A stretch of 63,798 nucleotides of DNA, filler included, from Folioceros fuciformis (GCA_049999805.1; 7 parts of 7 records of this genome joined end to end with filler, not necessarily neighbours in it); one strand, 5' to 3'. Shown: positions 37,044-51,860, counted from the whole stretch's first letter. The notes: generated by a model not told the origin, from the sequence alone. A program made the numbers and translations.

Positions 37044-40000
37044 CTACCCAGCCACAACTTGCGGTTGGGACTTGCTCGGAGGCAGTGGACAGGAGTAAGT
37101 CACGTACTTCACGCCATCAACAAGGATGACAACGAAGATCTTTGTGCCCCCTTTAGCGCCAGTAGTCACTGTCCTCTCCTCGTCTTTTACATCTTGGAGA
37201 GCGGTGAAGATGGAGACCACCATTGACGACTTTTCCTTGAACCCCTCGCCTCCAGAGATCGTCCGGTCATGGGTTTTGTTTCTCATCTCTGAGGCCTGGG
37301 TTTGTGCAGGTGGCAAAGGGATGGCAAAAGGATCTCTTCTGCCCCGACGATAGCGGCTTTGATCTTTGCCGTCGGTACTGTTTTGTATTCCATCAGATCT
37401 TGCGGAGTGCGGTCTTGCAACGTGACCTACAACAGGAGTTGCATCAAACTGGAATACTTCAGTGCAGATACCAGTCCTTAACCCTAGACCTGCAAGGAGG
37501 ACACCCAACAATCAGCTTTCCACCTCAAATTCCATTTCTCGCAAATGAAATGAAATGCTTCTAGTACAACCCATGGCAGTGGACATGACACCTAGCACAA
37601 AGGGGCAGCAGGGATGCACCTTTGACATCATCCATAATCAGCTGTGAAAAAAGTTTTCCTGCTTTGATCGCAGGAGCCAACTTACTGCTGTATGTCGCCT
37701 CTTGCTTCGCCGAGAGAGCCTGACTTTTCACAGCAGACGCGCTTACCAACCGCTTGTCAGGTGCTCCACTTCCCTGTTCACCAGATAACCTCGGGGATGG
37801 CTCCTGTAGAACCTGCCGACTAGTACCTTCAAGAGCTAGTCCTTGTTCCTCTTGTCCTTCCACAGGATGCTTTGGTGCACCTTGCAAGACTTTGCGACTG
37901 CTCTCCTTCGCTTCCTCCATGTTCCTTAAATTAGAATGTCTCATAGCAGCAGCTTCATCCCCAGCCATGATTGCTTGGATGATGAGACTACCTTCTATCG
38001 TCACAAGCTGGTTATTGCGTGGAACTGATAAGGATGCTGGAAAGGGCTCACTTGCATTCGCAAACAGCATCCCACCTATGAAAACTGCGGATGAATTTAC
38101 TTCAGCTTTTTGTTTCCTGCCATTGCCCTCTGGAATTTCTTCATTTTCTCTCCTGCGAACGTTCACCTGCCTAGAAGTGGTCCTCCCACTCATACTGGTA
38201 GCATTTTTCATCACTCTCTTGAAGCTCTCCTTGTTCACGTGTCGGGAAAGGGATAGATCCCTACCTCTATACGGGCTTCTTCGTTCGTGCAGTGACTCAA
38301 CGCTTGGACCTGTATCATATTGTCTTGTTGACCACGTGAAATACCTGAACCAGCTGGGCATGCCCGGAAGCCAATAACCCTTCGGCTCGTGCTCATCCTC
38401 CCAACTGTTCAGCACTCTGCCAACCCTAGGCACGTTCCTGTGTTCCAACCGCCCGCTGCTTTCAAACTCAGGTAGGCTCCAGCTATACGGGCCAATTACC
38501 ATGATGAAGCAGAAAAGACCTACAATACCCACGGATGCTGCCTTGGCAGCTTTCCTCCTCCTCTTCTTATCGCCGCCCACATCCTCTCCAGCTGCTGGTG
38601 CCTTTGCTGCTTTCTTCGTAGTTTTGGACACCGAAGAATGCGGTTTCAGCCTTGGTATTGGCATTGGTGGGGCAGGGACACCTGGGATCATGGGTCGCAT
38701 GCCATACATACCAGCATAAGGAGGTAGAGGAACCAAAGGTGGAGCCATTAGTGGAGGTCTCCCAGCTAAAGCAGGATTGGGCTGGAATAGATAGCCCAGC
38801 TGCCTCCTGAGGTTCACATTCTCCGTAGTGAGATGACTGATGGTGGCATTGAGCTCTGCAATTGTGGCAGCCATAGTCCTAAGCTTCTGCTCTAATTCAT
38901 CCACATAAATCTTCTTTCTTTGCCTAGATTGCTGTGCACTCTCGCGATTTCTCATCAACCGAGCCTTCCTCTTCTCATCATCTTCTTCTCCAGCATCTCC
39001 TGCAGCATTTTTCTTATCGCCATCACTGACGTCACTATGCTGACCATCAGAGCATGCAGACCCACTTGGCATCGATACAGATCTATCTTCTCCCTTTCGC
39101 TTTGTGCCCTTTGATGTCCCTTCTTGTTCTTCAGCACTCGGAGCACCCCTAGAATTATACTTCCATCGTGAGGGAACAATCGGGGAGCTGTCGTCAGAGG
39201 CTTCCACGGGGACCAAGTCCTTCTCCACCTCCTTCTCACACTTGATGCCAGTGAAGTTTACATTGTCGCCCTACAAAACACACAAGTGATGGTCACATAT
39301 CAAGCATCACTTCAGGGCTGGGAGAACCCCGTCAAAGGAAATCCGATTCATGTTACTCTTCCTTGCAGATTCAGTCCTCACCTCGGGTCTGTCACGACAG
39401 GATTCCCCTAGCCTTTCGTCTGCACACACAACCACAACCTCGTATCTTCCCGTCCTAGTCGCCTCCCCATTGTCATCACGCCTGCATTCTTCTCTCGTGT
39501 CTGGCTGATTCACTCTCCCCTCTGACCTAGTGCAACGCCGGTCCCCATTGTTGCCTGAAGAGATAGGATTCGTGGACGACATAGGGCTCTCGCCGTGGTC
39601 CTCACCAGGTCGCAATACATCGATAGCCCCACACAATGGAGAGCCTTTGTCAACACGGCCACCGGCGGAGCCTGATGAGGATGCAGCAGAATTTGCTTGT
39701 GATGATACCACCACAGGATGAGAACCAGAAGGAGGAATTCCCTGGCCCGAATTTGCTTCACAAATCTGGATGTTAACACACTCGGCACAGCGCGTGTCGG
39801 CACAATGCACGGCGTCAGCATAACGATTCGGCAAGTCTGATCCAGGAACGCTTACCATTTGGTCCGTCAGGCACTCCAGAGCAAGATCGGCATCAATCAG
39901 GAACCCGTTGCTGCCTTCCGTTTCCATGAATGATGAGTGAGGTGAGGGCCAACTAGAGGCATCCTCAGGAGAGGAGAAAGACATGTGACTAAATGAAGAG

Positions 40001-40479
40001 CCTGTAACCGGGGAATTCCTCAACGAGATGTGTGGGAAATTGCTCTGCAGATGAGCAAACAATTGGTTGCCTGAAGTGTCAAAAACCAAATCGGAATCTG
40101 AGCCATCCTTAGACATAAAGAGCGAGCTGGTCGCAGAATTGCCGCCAGACGCGATGCCATCCCAGAGCATGTCGGCTGGGAATAGGGTCTGACTGCCTGG
40201 GTCCGACCCTGAACCATCATGCACCTGCTCTCTTGGGCAATCACTGGGCCCAACGTCCGTACAAGAGATGTCTGAGAAAGAAATGTCTCCTGAAACAGGA
40301 ATCGAGTCAGATCCGGCGTCCAGCATCATCAGCGACACCCAATCCTCGCCGATATCCGCCAGATCGAGATGACAGTCCAAGTCACAGGCGTCACCTAGCG
40401 AGGCCAGCAAATCAACGCTCTGGTCCATTGCCAACGATGAGAGCTCATTGCACGCCCGGTCCTCGCCACCCTCCGACAT
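37044..40479 (-). CDS. ER membrane-tethered bZIP transcription factor (bZIP17/28/49-like), 3 exons
   Basis: DEKRKARLMRNRESAQQSRQRKKIYVDELEQK leucine zipper, PIPRLKP, TM helix KAASVGIVGLFCFIMVI, GRVL motif, ASLSVPRNNQLVTIEGSLIIQAIMA, CTEVFQFD and C-terminal IFVVILVDGVKYVTYSCPLP. Confidence 0.93.
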
Positions 40480-41717
40480 TGTGCTACACGACCATCACCA
40501 TTTCTAGCGCAAATCACTCCCAGACACTTTCGTCGGTCTCAGAGGACCCGCCCTCAAAGCTACGATCTGTTGCCAAACCCACAGATCTCCCCCTCTTGAT
40601 CCCGCAGCAGAAACGGGATTCGGCAGCGTAACCTTGAGCCTGAATTGAGACCTCAAACGGCGTATCTATTAGGATGGATCAGCACCAAGACCTGCACCTC
40701 CATGCATGACCTACAACACCCGCATCTAAATCTGCAACCCGCAGCGCTGAACACGTCTTCCATCAAGTGGCCGTCAACACCCCGACCAGAATACCAATTT
40801 TCCGCCGCTGCCACGACGCCCAGATGCAGATGCGGGAATCAAGTCCGTTCACCTCACCTCGTCAGTCACCCCTCCTCGATCCAGAAGAAATTCCTTGCTT
40901 TGTGCCTTGCTTTGCTGAGAGGAAAGCAGGAGGGGACGGAAGAGGCGTGATTCGTGGAGTTTCGCCATTGCGTTTCAAACCGGCGTCCAGTCGTGCACGG
41001 AACGCATGACCACAGTAATGAAACGTTTCTTAGGGCACCAGTCTCAATCGGACGTTTGAACTGCCGCAACTCCGGTTGCTTCCCGTCTCCTGGCTCTGGA
41101 ATTTCGTACCAACGCCTCTCCACTGATCATCGAAGGCCAAGGAAGGTGAAGATGTATGGTGGCGCTTTGCTGCTTTGAAGAAATCCTCTAAGCCAAGTCT
41201 CGTGAACAAGTTTGAAGAAGCTGTCACTGGGCTGGCGACACCACGCTGAAGTTCTGAAGTCAGCCTTGGCAATGCTGTTCGGCGCAATGGCTTTCTGCTC
41301 GTGCAATCGGATGCTATCCAGAAAGATCTGAAAGACCTACAAAGCCTACATCCTTGAGACGTATTTCAGCGGTAAGGAGACAATCAGGAACACGTTTGAA
41401 AACAGGACAGCTCTACAGAACAGGATGCAACAGAGAGGTCGGGGTCACAGGAGAAGCCGAACCTTGCGAAATGGAACTTCAAAATCCCGAGAGCTGCTTG
41501 TCACAGTATTTCTTCGGAATTCTGCTCACAGAGAGTCCTCACAGTACACGGAGTCTTTCTGCGACTGACAAGAGGAGGCGCAAAATCTCGGTCTCATCAC
41601 TGTACAACGAGGCTTTGTGTGACTGGGAACAGAAGTCGCAAGCTCCCGGTCTCATCACTGTAAAAGGAGTCCTCCTGAGACGGGCAGGAGGAGACGCACA
41701 TTCTCCCACTGCAGAGA

Positions 41718-42221
41718 TCAGGAGAACCGCTTTCTCTTTTCGCTATCACTGCTGCCTCTGGATTCTTCTGGAAGGGAAGATCCAAGCGGGACCGTGTAGG
41801 TGGAGGTTTCCTCTTGATCCTCTTTTGGCGCTTCCTCTTGCTCTTCCTCGTCCCCGTCCTCATCATACTCCCTTTCCCGATCTTCGCCGTCATTCGGGCC
41901 TGCCACACTTTGAAACGTGCGTGCAAACGAGTTGGAGATGTCCGAGTAGAGATCTACAACTTTCTTGACGTTTTGATTCAGCTGCGTGATCAGTGACACG
42001 TTTCGACTGAAACTCTCTGGGACCTTAGCCTCGTGGTTTCGATTGATCTCATCTATAAGCTCACGATTGTGGTCCAGCACATAATCCACCTGGCTCAGGT
42101 TCTTGCGGAACTTGGAGAAAGCCTTTCTGTCCATAGCACCCGCCGCCCTTTCCCAGCTGCGGAGCTTTTCCTTTGCAAGAGTGCTGCTAGAGAGCCTTTT
42201 GCACTCGTCTTTCTGACACAT
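41718..42221 (-). CDS. ELF4-like protein (DUF1313) with acidic tail; alternative start 42134
   Basis: FRKNLSQVDYVLDHNRELIDEINRNHEAKVPESFSRNVSLITQLNQNVKKVVDLYSDIS matches the ELF4 family helix. Confidence 0.9.
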   Translation of the reverse strand: MCQKDECKRLSSSTLAKEKLRSWERAAGAMDRKAFSKFRKNLSQVDYVLDHNRELIDEINRNHEAKVPESFSRNVSLITQLNQNVKKVVDLYSDISNSFARTFQSVAGPNDGEDREREYDEDGDEEEQEEAPKEDQEETSTYTVPLGSSLPEESRGSSDSEKRKRFS

Positions 42222-42614
42222 ATCCAATCTAGCACATCGCCAATCTGGACGCCAAGGAGGCGCACGATCCTGTCCAGCCGCTTGCTGTTTTTTCGCACTC
42301 CTTCCACGTAGTAAGATTCCACGCTACTTTCTCCCAGCTGATATTTGTGTGAGCATAGTGATTGGGTCCTACGATTGAGCAACACCACTTCAGGTTTCCT
42401 CAGTTGAGGAGTGTCCACTGGACGTCGAAGTCCAACACGTTGGGGAAAGATATTACTCCTCATATCACATCCTTTTTGCCGATCTCTTCCCTGGCAGGAT
42501 AGCGAGAGGGATTGCGCAGAAAACCCGTTGCTCTATTACCATCTGCACCCAAGTGAACTAGGGGCATTGATGTCCAAGATATATGCAATCAAATTAGCGG
42601 CCGGATTGACAGGA

Positions 42615-43792
42615 TCAGCCTTCATCAATGCCAAATATATCAGTAAGAAGGTAACCAATCAGATAGGCCGCAGCAGCAGCGACGCCTCCGTTACACAGAA
42701 CAACGAGGGCTGATGTGACATATCCTTGGCCGGATATCTTCGCTTTCGCTAATCCCAGCAGAATGAGAGCAATACCAGTCACCACGCATGCTGCTGCAAA
42801 TCTGTAGTGAGGGTTCTCGGTTAGAGGACTGGCAATCAGGTAGGTCAACAGCGGAGTACATCCGAAGAGCAGGAAAGAGATGAAGGTGACTATGCCGTTC
42901 TTCCAGGGAGTCTCATCTTCGTCCGGCTGCAATCCCTCCTTCAATGTCATCTCCTGATCCACAAACAAGTCCTTGTATTTTGCAAACACGTCCACCACCT
43001 GGCACAGGCATGCATTAAAGGGGTGGGAAGTTATTAAATGGCGTCTGGAACTTGCTTGGTGAGTATGTACTGCATCCATGGTGTGGACTGAAGGCACAAA
43101 CCCTTTCAGCGTCCTCCTTCTCCATCCCATGCTCCTCATAAACGCGTACCAGGTCCAGCATTTGGGTGTGCCGGTTATTTCTGACCTGCCACTCAGCCAA
43201 CCTCTTCCTGCTGATCATGTAGTCTCTCTCCGTAGTGCTGGACAGAAAATCTCCGAAGCCCATAGATATGCCGTCTGCAACTAGATTGGCAAACCCCAAA
43301 ACTAGCACAGCCGCTGAAAGACCATAAATGTCAGTATCCTGCATTTCACTCTCCGCAGCCGTTATCCCACACTCTAAAATGTTGCAGGCCTGCTCAACCA
43401 TATGCACGCTTCCAGATTGCTACACATATCTAAATTGCTGAAAGTGACAAGCCAAGAACTTGCAGCAACATACCAGAAGGCAAATTTCCACCCGAGACTG
43501 AGGCAACAAGGGCAAAACTTGTAACAATGGCATCAAGCCCACCATAGACCATGCTTTTAGCATACTCTCCTCCCCAGGTAGATAGCTCTTGCGGCTTCTC
43601 GTCCACTTCCTGCCCTTGATTCTCCATGTCAGGCGAGCCAACTCCATGCCCAGATCTCTCCCCCAAAAATTGCTGCTGCAGGGACTGGTTTTGGCTGAAG
43701 CTCTTGGAGCTTGTCCGGAACTTTCCCCCCTCGTGCCTCCAAACCTTGCCGTCTACCATTCTGGTCGAATTGCTGTATAAGCTGTTTCCCAA
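42615..43792 (-). CDS. VIT1/CCC1 family vacuolar iron/manganese transporter-like, 3+ exons; start uncertain
   Basis: KSMVYGGLDAIVTSFALVASVSGG, VLVLGFANLVADGISMGFGDFLSS, PWKNGIVTFISFLLFGCTPLL and LILLGLAKAKISGQ. Confidence 0.9.
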
Positions 43793-44489
43793 GTTGGTAC
43801 TTCCCTTCCACTTGCTTGTGGCCGACCTACACCAGCATCGAACTCTCTTTGGGGTCGAGAGCGTCGGGGCTGGAGGATCCTTGCACTGTTAGCCGCTCAA
43901 CTCCTCGGCTTGCAACGTCGACCCACTGGCCTCCCTACAAGTGGCGACTCAGGAAAATGACGACACGTGGCACATACATGTGTTTACTTAAAATGTGAAT
44001 TGCTTTGTCTGTTCACACAAATGTCCTACCTCTAGAGGCGTCCCAGTCTTCATCAAGTGTGGCATTGGACCACTTGGGTCTCTGCGTTGTAGTCTTCATT
44101 TTGAGAGCAAAAAATTTCTACAATACTTCTAACAACTGCACTGTGCGAATCCGGATTCCCGACGGTTGCTCCCCTGAGACACACTCCAAACTAGCGGATG
44201 GAACCCTCACACCATGAAATACAAAGCGGCGTACTCAGAAGCCAGAAACACAAAAAAAAATGCTCGTGTGAGAACTACAGGTAGCAGACCCTGGCAGCTG
44301 GCTGCCTGCAGTGTCTGCGTGATTTGCAGACAAACTACGAAGGTTTGTGAGTGGCTTTAGGACTAGGCTGCAAGAGATTCTAGATCAGCTAGTTTCTTGG
44401 GCTACAGCGAGGCACTAAAAAAATGCAACATGCGTGGCTCGCCACCAGCTGCTTTAACCAGGCACTTGACTAAGCAGATTAATACTAAG

Positions 44490-45233
44490 TTAGTCCATCC
44501 GACCCTTCAGCGTTCGGACGATGACCTGATCCGGTGTCCTGTAGAACAGACATTTTCAAGAGTGAGGTCATGAGATGGTAGCATCCGGGACGTGAGGAAG
44601 AAGAAACTGCTAGAGGGGATTGGAACTTGTGCTTACACAACGTAGACAATGCCTCCCCAACCACTGACACAATCTCTATCCACAGAAGAGAGCAAGGCCT
44701 GTGAAATAGTCTCAAACAGCTCCTCTGGTTCCTGTTGTGTACAATTGCACGGTATTGATTAAAAGAAGACAGTGAACAAGCCGGGAAAGTTCTCGTCGTG
44801 CTTGCAAGTGCATACAAACAGCAAGACATTGAAATGAAAAGGGGTTTCGACTTAGGCAGCAAGGGTTTACCAGGTCGGGCTTGTACATGGATTCACATGC
44901 ACCGTAGAGAGATTCAGAGGCAGTTCCAGAAACCACGAAATCTTTTGCAAGCTGCCTGTAGAAGTAAAGTCACTTGAAAGATCAAGACTAAGAACTAGTG
45001 CCCGTAACCTTGGAATAGCAGAAAAAGGACAATTGAGCTGACGGAGAAAGCATCGATAGGAGTACTTGGCTCCAATGAGATCCATGGTGCAGATGAAGGG
45101 TTTGCCATCGGAATCCAAGCCCGCAATGACAGGCTCAGCAAAATAAGGTCCAAACCTACAAAAATTCCTGGAGTCAGCACGGAACTCAGTAGCGGTCACC
45201 ACCCGGCTGACCGTCAGCTGCACAGCATACCTC
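44490..45233 (-). CDS. PBC: 20S proteasome subunit beta-3, 3' exons only (5' part lost at spacer)
   Basis: [78 protein letters not shown] and TLKGRMD*. Confidence 0.95.
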
Positions 45234-45333
45234 NNNNNNNNNNNNNNNNNNNNNNNNNNNNNNNNNNNNNNNNNNNNTTAATTAATTAANNNNNNNNNNN
45301 NNNNNNNNNNNNNNNNNNNNNNNNNNNNNNNNN
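45234..45333. other. Artificial contig spacer
   Basis: N44-TTAATTAATTAA-N44. Confidence 0.98.
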
Positions 45334-48300
45334 CATTGATTATGGCGTGCAAGAACCTACTGCTCACCAGGAGCAACATCGGTCGGGGGGTTCGGCTGGC
45401 CCGGAACCCTCGATGCTCGTCAAGGTCTTCACTTTTAAGGGTGCCACTGTTGAACTCATGGACTTGAATGTCACGCCTACGGAGGCCGGGGAATTCGCCT
45501 CCGGTAGCGCAGATATTGGCGCAGTGCGAGGCCAGTCCGTGCCTGTTGTTTGTGGTGAAGACGGTGGCGTTTGTGGAACGCTGCAGTTGAGTATGCCTAA
45601 GAGTTGCGTACCCGACCTTCCCAAGGTGGATGTCGTTGTCCAAGTAGGCAGTGTAAAGGTGAAGGCTGGCACCCGGGAGATTCAGCAATTGCTATCCCTG
45701 GCGCACAATTATTGCCAGTCCCAGTCAGGAACTGTTGCAGCTGGCCCTGGCCACTCCGTATCCAGGACACCCCAAGGTGCTGAGGCGCCAACTGGGCGAG
45801 GATCCAGTAGTCTGGCCGCTGAGAAGCACAAGGATTTGGCCAAGTCAACCTTGAGACGATCAGGAAGCATTGGAGCTGGCTCTGTGGATGAAGGAGCTTA
45901 TCTTCCTGTTACCAAGTTCATATCAGACTGGATGCAGTGGGCTGGTGGTGAGGATACCAAGAAGGAAATTTCTATAGCCGAAGCAAACTTGGCAGCTAGG
46001 TGGGCCTGCCCACTCTCTTGTCCGTCCCATTGTTATTATTTCTACAAAATAGCTTGCAGTGGGTTCCCTAGCTATTGTTGATGCTCACTTGTGTTCAGCA
46101 GTGTCGATGAGTTCTTCGAGTGCTTTGATGGGACATGGAGTAGCCATGCGAGCTCAACTGCAAGTGGCTTGTGGAGTTGGACGCGATCAGCATTCACTGC
46201 CATAACAACTGCGTCCAGCCTTGCATCAGGATCTGTAGTTTTATCTCCTGGTTTGTTAACCTGGATTCACATGCCCATGCACTTTTTTTTATTTTTTTGG
46301 ATTCTCCTTGTCTCGTCTTCTGGTCATGGTATGCTCTTCTCTTCACCCTTGTGAAGAGACAAGGGCGGATACTTATGCACATGCTTTCCAGGTCTCGAGA
46401 AACAAGTGGAGTACAGTGTAAAGGTGACATTCGATGGTTTGTCTGTGAACCTACTCTATGCGGACTCTGAGGCCAGGTCTCTAGGCATGCCGGAGAGCGA
46501 ATTTGCAACTCACGACCCATCTCGGCGTGGCATCGGGAGTGAGCGTGTGTCTCCAGACAAATGTAACGTGGCATCCAGAGAATATCTGGCTGTCGACTTG
46601 ACAGAGTGTGCTTTTTTGATGGCGGTAATTGCACTATTCCTCAAAGACTGATCGATTTTGTTTGGGCCTCGTTTGAGCTTCTCTCTGCGTCTCTATTGTC
46701 TCTTATTTTTTCTTGGCACCTTCACTGTCAATATCAGGTGTCAGACTGCCGTTCAGACTTGCGGATTACAGTGCAAGATATAGACATGTCCGAGGTTGTG
46801 GTTGCCGGCAGTTCATCAGCCGTCCCTTTAGGTTCCCTCAAGTCTGTTGAGAATCTTTTGCCTCATTTTCCAGTGTCGTTGCCACCTCATGAGGGTGTGC
46901 AATTGCATGGCTGTGAACGAAGATCGTTGATGAAGGTGGGAACTCCTGGATCTCCAGCTGCCAAACTGTCACTTAAGTTCCTGCACCCAGGGGGTAACAA
47001 GTTTTCTCAGGACCTCTCACCAAGCGTAGAGGTAAATGCATACTTGCAGCCGATTTTCCTCTTCTTGGATCCATGGACTGTAAAGAGGATACTTGAGCTA
47101 ACTCAGGCGGTCAGGAGGCCCAGTCGCTGTAGTTGTGGGTGCGGGACTGCTCACAGGTCTGGGGATGGGGAATCTGTGGTCGTACCTCGGATTGACCAGA
47201 TGCCAGGTCTGGATTTAGGTGAAGGTTCTCTGGATACTGGCCATGCTGCAGGTTCTCCTGAAAATAACTTGTGGAATGTGGAAGGGAGTCTGTGCACACC
47301 CTGCTTGCGGGTGCTTATCTGCTTTCCTAAGGGCTCACATGTTGGTCTTTTGCGAGAGGAGCTTGTGGTATTGGACGTGAGTACCTCTTCAAGGAAGCCG
47401 GGTGTGATTCAGCCAATCTTTTCGTTGAGGCACAATGAAACACGGAGGATTGAATCAAGTTCGCAGCTGGTTGATTATGGAGTTGTGAGGTTTGGTGAGG
47501 CTGCGGCATACTTGTTAGACAGTGATGAGGGTTACTTAAAGGGTAGCGAAGAGGGTTACGTCCCAGGTAGCCAGGTTGTAAGAATGAATCAACTTGCAAT
47601 TTTTTCTGAACCCACTGACTGGGAGGGAGGGATAACTAGCACAGACACAGATGATGGGGCTTCTTTGGAATTCAAGTGGTTTCGTCAACCAGAAACTGGA
47701 GCTTGGCTTGCTAGGAGAGCCTGGGATGCAGCAATTGCATTGAGGAAAAGAGTAGATGGAGGAAATGGGTTGGGAGGGAGCAATTCTGAGTTTGCTTCAG
47801 CGACTACGGTAGAGGCTGGTGAAGAAAGCAACCTGCAGCTGAGGGAGGAGATCATTGCCTGTTCGTCAGCACTTTTCGCCTTTAAATTCTTTCGAGTTTG
47901 GTTGAGTCTATCGGGATCTCAGCATGTGCTCATTCATGAGCTTTTCTCATCGTTTATGGATGTTGTGCTTCGCTCTCAAAATCCTGAGGGCTACACTGGG
48001 GTCTCCACCCACTCGGATTCCACAGAGGCCAAAGAGGTTGCCAATTCTGCCTTTTCCTCACAGACCTCTATAGTGTTGGAGTGTGGTCATGTGGAGATGA
48101 TTATTCGTCCTCGTCATGAAATCGCACCCCATGAAGAGCCTTTGACAGAATATGAAGCCACGAATTGGGATTCATTGAGGTTGGAGGTCGAGCAGCTTGA
48201 ATGGTTGTCCGTCTTGCACATGGGTGGTCGACCTGATGTGTCATACTTGTGGATTCAACATGAGGAATGCCAGGTCAAGGGATCTTATCCAGATGCACAA

Positions 48301-51300
48301 AGGACCACGCTGACTGGTGAAAGCGATCTTTTACTGTTTTCGTGTCAACATGATGCTCTCGGACGGGGGGACGGTGGAGAGGGTAATGCTTTGGCAGCTG
48401 GTGCTGCTGGAATATCTCTGACCTATATGGCATGGCCAGGTAGGGACCAGTTGGCGGATGAGCTGTTGACTGGTTCTATGAAGGGTGCAACATTTGTGGC
48501 TCATAGTGCTCGTCTTGATTGGCTATCTGCTATGGTTTCTTTTTTCTCACAATCTGCAGAGTCTAGAGCAGTCACAGAAGCTGTTGTAGATATTGCCACT
48601 GGCATGGGAGCAGACCAAATTCTCTGTGTGGAGGAAAATTCTTTTGGATATCAACATGGCAAGAGGAAGCGCGTATTTCACCTTTTCAACCTTCATGATG
48701 TAGCTCTGTGTTATGAGCCTGGAATGGAAGTGAGGCTTGTCCCAGGAATAAAAGTCAGTCCTTCAACTCCCCTTCAGTTTGTGAAAACTGCAGATGGGTC
48801 CAAGGGCAGTGACATGCCTCTGGGCGCCAACCAAAGTGGGTCGCCTGTTGCTTGTGTTCTGGCAGCAGCAGCTGTCAGGGTTGCCAACGCTTCACAGGCA
48901 GACATGTGTGAAAGTCAATATGATATGCGGCTCCATGATGCTGCCCTTCTTATCTTGAACACTAATCTGAGAAAGCGTCCACAGGAATATAGCTTGAAGG
49001 CGATGGAGCGCACAGGATATACCCAGGTTCGTTGCAACAAGTTTTATGGCAGTAGTGACTTTGCAGGCTGTTGTCAGCAGTAGCGGCTCTTTTGGATTGT
49101 CTGTTTGTGGGGAGGCTGCCTAACTTGCGGTTGTTTTGTGCAAATAACACAGGTTGCTAAAGCACCCATACTGGATGTTGCGGTAAGAACAGGATGTGTT
49201 GAAGGTCCAGGTTGGGAGGTAGACTTTATGAACAATCAGGTCTGTCTTGAGACTTGCAGTGATACAGCTTCAGCATTAGCCCGACTTGTTGCGCAGCTGC
49301 AACAACTCTTTGCTCCGGATCTACAACAGGCTGATTTCTATCGGAAGGCAGAGGAGGAAGTTTGTTCCTCTCCCAGGTCCGATGAAGTGATGATCCATGA
49401 GATCGTTCCAGATCTCCATCAAACACACACCCAGGCAGAGGTCCAGCCAACATTCATTGAGGACTACTATTCAATTGGAGCTTCCTCCACAGCAGGGTCA
49501 TCATGTGGGGATGAATCACTAGGTGGCTTTTTTCAGGAGACAATTGAGGGGCAGGGCATGTGGTTTGATGGCAATCCTATCTCTGTTATTGAGAATCACA
49601 TACCAGAAGTAAAGGTAGTGGTTGATGCATGCTCTCCAAAAATCAGTAAGGCTGCTGACCAAAGGAACCGTTCGTTACCTAAGAAGTATCCTGTCCCAGT
49701 GGGAAGAGTAGTCCTGTCAAACTTCAGTGCAAGATGGTGGTTGTATGCTGGATCCGATTGGCCTGCAGCAGTATCTCAGGAGACCTCAAGCTCTTCGAAG
49801 GCAAAAGGTGGAAGGAAAGCACGCCTGTGCCTGCAAGTGAATCTGGATGGCATGGACCTGCAATACGACTCATTTCCAGTAGCAGGTGAATATGCCTCCA
49901 GGATGGTTGTAACAGTTCGAGACATGGGCGTCTACGACCGTAGTGCTGATGCACCGTGGAAAATGGTATGCCATGTAGTCTCTTGGTGGCTTTATCCTTT
50001 TGTCAGACAGAATATTTTTTGGCTACCTGTTTAACTCTTGATCTGGGCAGGTGCTTGGGTATTACCGATCTTCTCGACCAAGGGAGTCTTCTTCACCAGC
50101 TGTGAAGGTAGAGCTGGACTCTGTGAGACCTGACCCTACAAGCCCTCTCGAAGAGTACAGGTGGAGGAGGCCTTTGCCATCGGACTTATTTGGTCGTCGA
50201 TTGATATTGCGGCAACCTGGATTATGTCTGACCTAGTTGCATGACGTGTTCACAGGATATCAATGGCTTTATTGCCTATCCGTCTGCACCTTGATCAGCG
50301 ACATATTGACTTTTTTACAGATTTCTTTTCTAGTCCAAGTGAGGGGGAATTGAGCAATTCTTCTGGGTCACTCAGCACGGGTCTTGACGGCAGCGTGAGT
50401 GAAGGTTTCGGGGATGTCCTGTTGCCCTTTTTCCAGGTAGGCTACCAATGGCAGCAGGGTATGACCATAAATATATCCTAGTGTTTTATGTTCTTGAGTT
50501 TCTAGCTGACTGACATGCAGACTCATCGCTGTTTCCTGTATTCCAGGTCTGTGATCTGAAACCGTTTACTATTCGAGTTGACTACATTCCGCGACGAGTA
50601 GACATTGCAGCGATTAGGGGAGGCAACTATGCGGAGCTTTTAAACTTGGTGTCTTGGAAGGTTCTATTCTATCAGTCACAACTTTTTTCTTGATTGTTAG
50701 CTGTTCTTGGTGTTTGTTTGTTCATGGTTGGGTGTTCTCTCTAGGGGATTGAGCTTCAATTGAAGCATGTGCGGGCCGCGCATGTCCGTGGCTGGAGTAG
50801 TCTGTCCGGTATTATCTTTGGTCAATGGTTGGAAGACATATCCCAAAACCAGGTGTGTTCAAGTCATGGTTCTTTCTTTGTGCTAACTGGTGTTCTTTCT
50901 TGTTGACCCTTGGAAACAATTGTCCGAACACGCCACGATGTGCAGGTCCATAAGTTTGTACAAGGCGTCGGTCCAATTCGACCCCTTTGTGCTGTTGGAG
51001 CTGGGGCTGCAAAGCTGATTATGTTCCCTGCGGAGAACTACAGGAAGGACAGACGGGTCCTACGTGGAATGAGGAAAGGTTAGAGTCCAATAAAAGGCCA
51101 AGCAGTGTTTCGTTAATTAGGATGTGACCCGATTTTGTTATGAAGAGCATTTTAATTCCCTGTTGGCGAATTGGACAGGTGCTATGGCGTTCCTCAGGTG
51201 CGTCTCCGTTGAGGCGCTGGGGTTTGGAGCCAATCTCTGTGCAGGAGCTCATGACATACTGTACCATACGGAGTTAGCTCTTGGTGGAACCCGGAGTAGT

Positions 51301-51860
51301 TCTTTCACTACGGCAGATGGAGAGAACTTCTCCAGGAAAGCCAATCAACCTGGCGATACACGGGAGGGCATCCAACAGGTGCTGGGAACTGCAGCTATTA
51401 TGTTGTATGGATTTCATCATTTTCTGAAGTAGACTATGGTACCTGACCTCAATACAAGTTCATGCAGGCGTGTGAAAGCATTTCGCGTGGTCTAGAAAGG
51501 ACTTCCTCATCACTTCTCAGTAATCCCCTGAAGGTTTACCAGCGAGGAGCTGGTGCAGGGGTTGCTGTTGCCAGTGCTTTGCGAGCTGCACCAGCAGCCG
51601 CTGTTGCTCCTGCTGCAGCTGCAGTAGGAGCATTTCACTTTGCTCTCTTGGGTGTGAGGAACGGGTAGGTGTTGAAACAGGGCAGACTGTCTTGGTTGGA
51701 GGTGCCTTGGTCACCGTCTCTTGTGTATGTACATGTATAACATGGTGGTTTGTTTATGTCTTCTCACCCAGTTATTTCTGTTGAACGATGCAGGTTGGAC
51801 CCCGAGCATAAGCGGGAAGCAGATGAAAAGCATGCCGGACCTCCATACATGTATCAATGA
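45334..51860 (+). CDS. ATG2: Autophagy-related protein 2, multi-exon, 5'-truncated
   Basis: [120 protein letters not shown] and LLGVRNGLDPEHK. Confidence 0.93.
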